64,000 nt of DNA from NCBI GenBank assembly GCA_963749655.1, contig CAVVOB010000030.1, positions 96,001 to 160,000 of the forward strand, written 5' to 3'. Position numbers and translations under genes: made by a program. Numbering within the stretch: position 1 is the first letter of the stretch; every line of letters begins with the position of its first letter. The notes beneath the pieces were generated by a model. That model was given only the letters and a program-made list of their open reading frames with translations. It made no database searches and was not told where the DNA came from. This DNA comes from Nitrospirota bacterium. GTDB lineage: Bacteria > Nitrospirota > UBA9217. This document shows, piece after piece, positions 60,018 to 64,000 of this stretch.

Positions 60018-62693
60018 TCAAGCAATTTTTTGTCTTCTCTTGACAAGCTTTTCTATCTCAACGGCAGTAAAAACCACGGCGGAAAGGGCAAGGACGATCG
60101 ATAACTCTGTGATGGAGAGGGGCTGTGTTTTGAACAAAGAATGGAGGGGAGGAACGTAGACGGTGGCCAGCTGGAGACCTACGGTGATGACTACGGTAAG
60201 GAAAAGCGGTTTGTTCGACATGACTCCCCGGGTAAAGAGCGATTCACGCTCCGAGCGGATTGCCAGTACATGGCCCAGCTGGGTAAGGCACAGGACGGTG
60301 AAGACCATGGTCTGCCAATGCGCGTCGCCGACATGAATGGCCCAGGCCTGGAGCGACAGCGTGACCGCTCCCATGAGCAGGCCGACCCAGATTGCGTGGA
60401 CGCCCAGTCCGCGGGCAAAGAGGCTCTCCCGGGGACTGCGCGGCGGCCTCTGCATGACGTTTCCTTCCTGCGGCTCCAGGGAAAGCGCCAGGGCCGGCAG
60501 GCCGTCGGTCACCAGGTTGATCCAGAGGATGTGGATCGGCTGCAGCGGAATCGGTAAACCAAGGAAGGGAGCGAGAAAGAGGGTCCAGATCTCACCTGAG
60601 TTGGTCGTGAGCAGGTACTTGATGAACTTCCTGATGTTGTCGTAGATCTTTCGGCCTTCCTGGACCGCGCGGACGATGGTGGCGAAGTTGTCGTCGAGCA
60701 GGATCATGGACGAGGCTTCTTTCGCTACATCGGTGCCGGTGATGCCCATGGAAACGCCGATGTCGGCGCGCTTGAGCGCCGGTGCGTCGTTCACGCCGTC
60801 GCCGGTCATGGCTACGAAGTGGCCCTTGTTCTGGAGCGCCTTGACGATGGTGAGCTTCTGTTCGGGGGCGACGCGGGCATAGACCCGGATATGCTCGACG
60901 CGCTTTTCGAATTCTTCCAGGGAGAGTGCCCCGAGTTCAGTGCCGGTGATGATCGCGTCAGGATCGTCGCTCTCCAGAATGCCGACCCGCTTCGCAATGG
61001 TCCGCGCGGTCAAGGGATGGTCGCCGGTGATCATGACCGGGATGATCCCGGCGCTTTTGCAGAGGGCCACCGACCGCCCCGCTTCCTCCCGGGGCGGATC
61101 CATCATCCCGGTGAGACCCAGAAGGATGAGATCATGCTCAACGGCCTCTGCTGAAAGATCGTGCGGCTCCGAGTCCCAGGACCGCATAGCGACGGCCATG
61201 ACGCGGAGACCTGCTGCGGCCATGGCATCACTCTCTCGTGCGACCGCATTCCTGTCCAGCGGTCCGATCCCCGTGCCCGTCAACACCGTTGTTGCCTGTT
61301 CGAGCAGCACTTCCGCGGCTCCTTTGGTGAACGAGATGAAGCCACTCTCTTTTTCCGGCATTTTGTGTATCGTGGTCATGAGCTTCCTGTCCGAGTCAAA
61401 GGGCAGCTCCGCCACACGCGGGTAAAGAGCTTCGAGCTCGTCTTTTTTGAAACCGCGGTCTTTCGCAGCAACGTAAAGCGCCGCTTCGGTGGGATCGCCG
61501 ATAATCGCATCCCCGGGACCGGTCCGCGCGTCGTTCGAGAGGGCGAGGGCGGTGAGGAACAGCGAGTGCGGAGTGCGGAATGCGGAATGCGGAATAAAGT
61601 CTTCTCCTTTCTAGGAGGGTTGTACACTCCGCATTCCGCACTCCGCATTCCGAATTGTTTTGCCGTCCACCCACACCTGCTCCACCGTCATCCGGTTCTC
61701 GGTGAGCGTGCCGGTCTTGTCCGTGCAGATATAGGTGACCGAGCCCAGGGTCTCGACCGCGGGGAGCTTGCGGATGAGGGCGTTTCGCTTCACCATCTGC
61801 CGCGCGCCCAGGGCAAGGGCGATGGTTACGACTGCGGGAAGGGCCTCGGGAATGGCGGCAACGGCAAGGCTGACGGCCACGAGAAACATCCGGACCGGCT
61901 CCTCTCCCCGCAGGAGACCGGCGATGAAAATGACGGCGCAGATCGCCAGGACGGCAATTGCGAGTTTTCTGCCGAAAGCGGCAAGCCGCTTCTGGAGCGG
62001 AGTCTTCCCCTCCTCTTCCTCCTGGATCAGGGACGCGATCCTGCCGAGTTCCGTGTTCATGCCCGTTGCTGCGACGACGCCGAGGCCCCGGCCGTAGGTT
62101 ACGATCGTCCCCTTGTAGGCCATGTTCCTCCGGTCTCCCAGCGGGAGCGTCTCCGCTTCGAGCCGTTCCGTCGATTTTTCCACGGCAAGAGATTCGCCGG
62201 TCAGCGCGGCCTCTTCGATCCTGAGCTGCGCCGTCTCGATCATCCGCATGTCCGCAGGAACGATCCTGCCGGCTTCGAGCACCGCGATATCTCCGGGCAC
62301 CAGTTCCGTTGCTGCGATGGTCTGGTGCTCGCCCCCGCGGATGACAACGGCAAGGGAGGCCGCCATTTTCCTGAGCGCCTCTATGGCCTTTTCTGCGCGG
62401 TATTCCTGGCTGAAGCCGAGCGCGGCGTTGAGCACCACGATCACGACGATCGCCGCGGTGTCCTCGGGCTCGCCGATGATCCCGGAGATCGCCGCCGCCG
62501 CGATCAGCACCAGGATCATGAAGTCCCTGAACTGGTCGAGGAACATCATGAATGCGGTCTTCTTCGCCTTTTCAGCGAGCTCATTCGGGCCGTAGTGTTG
62601 AAGCCGTTTTTGCGCCTCTTCCGCCTGAAGACCCGTCCGGAGCGTCTTCATTTCAGCGAGGGCCTCGTGGACCTGTAGTTGATGCGGTTTCAT
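60018..62693 (-). CDS. Cation-transporting P-type ATPase (P2A-like) with in-frame TAG at 61611-61613
   Basis: [33 protein letters not shown]; both ORF halves are in the same frame. Confidence 0.85.
61564..61654. repeat. Heptamer (TGCGGAA/G) inverted-repeat hairpin inside the ATPase gene
   Basis: (GTGCGGA/ATGCGGA)n arm at 61564-61594 and (TCCGCAT/TCCGCAC)n arm at 61626-61654. Confidence 0.88.
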
Positions 62694-62717
62694 CCTGTCC
62701 TCGATCAGTCGGCGGCG

Positions 62718-62839
62718 ATCCCGCGACTTAACATCCCCCGGCTCCTGCCGGGGGTGGAAAGCGCTCACTCGCGCGTGGCTCAAAGCCACGCAGCGCGAGT
62801 TCGCAGTCCCACCTGGCACTCCGTGCATCCGCACTCGTA
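62718..62839. repeat. Structured palindromic element, third copy
   Basis: Aligns to 44295-44413 with a different inner hairpin that still base-pairs. Confidence 0.8.
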
Positions 62840-62927
62840 AACGCCGGGTGCAGGCGGGAGGTCGCGTCAATTTTAGTCCCGACAAGTCGGGATGCCGGAG
62901 GGGATTCACTGAAAGATTTTTCAGGAG

Positions 62928-63075
62928 CAAAAAAAAACCTTTGCCTGCTGAATTATCCGTCGATATTCATACAGGTAAAGGTCTCGCTAATCAGGGTCTC
63001 CTGACCAGGGGCGCCGGCTCCGCTGCGCGGAACGTGCTGACGACGCCCTTGTTTCAGCTACTCCCCCTTACTCCT
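62928..63075 (-). promoter_or_regulatory. yybP-ykoY (Mn2+) riboswitch with terminator
   Basis: Minus strand AAGGGGGAGTAGC...CGTCAGCAC...CCGG...AGCGAGACCTT, then ACCTTTACCTG...CAGGCAAAGGT-TTTTTTT; upstream of a P-type ATPase. Confidence 0.85.
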
Positions 63076-63216
63076 GAGACAAGCCTATCAAACATAAGAC
63101 TCGCTTGTCAAGACCTGTTTGAACGCACGGGGAATGAGGCCGGACTTTCATATCTGATATACTGATAGAATGCATGGTTTACCGCCCCCATCGCCTCCAG
63201 AGGGGCCGACGTTCCT

Positions 63217-63564
63217 ATGATGAAGACGATTATTTTTTTACTGGTGTTCTTTCCAGCGCTCTTCGCCTGCGTTCCGGTGGTCCAGGGGCCGGAGGTCCTC
63301 GATAGGGGGGTCCGGTTCTCCTACCGCGACCCTGCAGCGACGAGCGTGGCGATAGCCGGCGACTTCAATCACTGGGACCCCGGCAAAACATTCCTGCTCG
63401 GACCGGCGAACCGGGGCCGCTGGAGCATAACATTGCCGCTTGCCGACGGCCGCTACGAGTATCGCTTTGTCGTGAACAACGGGGAATGGGTCCTGGACCC
63501 GGCAGCGCCCTCTGTCGATGACGGCCTGGGCGGGAGGAACTCGGTGGTTGTCGTGACGCATTAG
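63217..63564 (+). CDS. Lipoprotein with glycogen-binding (CBM48/AMPK-like) domain
   Basis: Lipobox LFAC; VAIAGDFNHW, GRYEYRFVVN.GEWVLDP, DDGLGGRNS. Confidence 0.85.
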   Translation: MMKTIIFLLVFFPALFACVPVVQGPEVLDRGVRFSYRDPAATSVAIAGDFNHWDPGKTFLLGPANRGRWSITLPLADGRYEYRFVVNNGEWVLDPAAPSVDDGLGGRNSVVVVTH

Positions 63565-63673
63565 CGGCGTGAGTTGGAAATTCGGATTGGAATTGCGGAT
63601 GCGGAAAAACAACGAAACACAGCGGTGTTCGCCTGTAACCTTTTCTCGTTTCAGTCGTCTTATGAGTACGATC

Positions 63674-64000
63674 ATGATTACTGACCAGCAACCAGATGAC
63701 GAGGCGATCATTAAACAGTGCCTGGCGGGAAATCGCGAGGCCTATTCCGGACTCGTGGAGCGGTATAAGACAATGGTATATACCATCGCCTACCGGATGA
63801 CGGGAGACGGCGATATTGCCAAGGACCTTGCCCAGGACAGCTTTATCGCGGCTTATTCCGGCCTTGACCGGTTCAGGTTCGGATCGAAGTTTTCCTCATG
63901 GCTGTACAGCATCGCGCTGAACAAGTGCCGTGACCACCTGCGTCAGACCAGGGAAACCGTATCGACCGATGATATCGTTGCTGTGCGGCCCGACGGAAAA
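63674..64000 (+). CDS. ECF sigma factor (3' end outside window)
   Basis: Translated by eye: DDEAIIKQCLAGNREAYSGLVERY...AKDLAQDSFI.AY..LDRFR..SKFSSWLYSIALN.CRD.LR. Confidence 0.88.
   Translation, partial: MITDQQPDDEAIIKQCLAGNREAYSGLVERYKTMVYTIAYRMTGDGDIAKDLAQDSFIAAYSGLDRFRFGSKFSSWLYSIALNKCRDHLRQTRETVSTDDIVAVRPDGK

Noticed and set aside
61611-61613. Genome-wide TAG reassignment
   Set aside because: Genes such as the Y-family polymerase, the oxidoreductase at 8440 and oppC end at TAG at their expected C-termini

Overview
GC-rich (roughly 60% by eye) bacterial chromosomal window. Gene content suggests Nitrospirota or a Deltaproteobacteria-like anaerobe (inference). Several single-base frameshifts in short homopolymers look like assembly errors. 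Main blocks: (i) pfkA, a metallophosphoesterase, a hybrid kinase and a fliK/flhX-like pair; (ii) a co-oriented minus-strand cluster (6.3-15.9 kb) where a dedicated type II FAS/PKS set (FabG, catalytically dead KS/CLF, FabZ, SAM-methyltransferase, KS, ACP, phytoene-desaturase-like oxidoreductase) sits between a PhcB-like methyltransferase and a membrane hybrid histidine kinase, a candidate lipid-signal (quorum-sensing-like) system; (iii) a umuD gene with an SOS-box promoter separated from umuC/dinB by a 15-kb accessory array holding nested IS elements, an attI-like site, attC-like sites, a higBA module, a DUF559-type nuclease, RAYT with REPs and a GIY-YIG nuclease inside perfect inverted repeats, with no integrase in the window; (iv) housekeeping genes (udg, lgt, infA, gmhA, rsmA, peptide ABC permeases, Omp85-like protein); (v) a transport block with two YeiH-type exporters, a TerC/kinase-like fusion, rhodanese/DoxX and a yybP-ykoY riboswitch upstream of a P-type ATPase whose reading frame carries a palindromic heptamer insert with an in-frame UAG. 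Several families of short palindromic repeats are scattered through the window.
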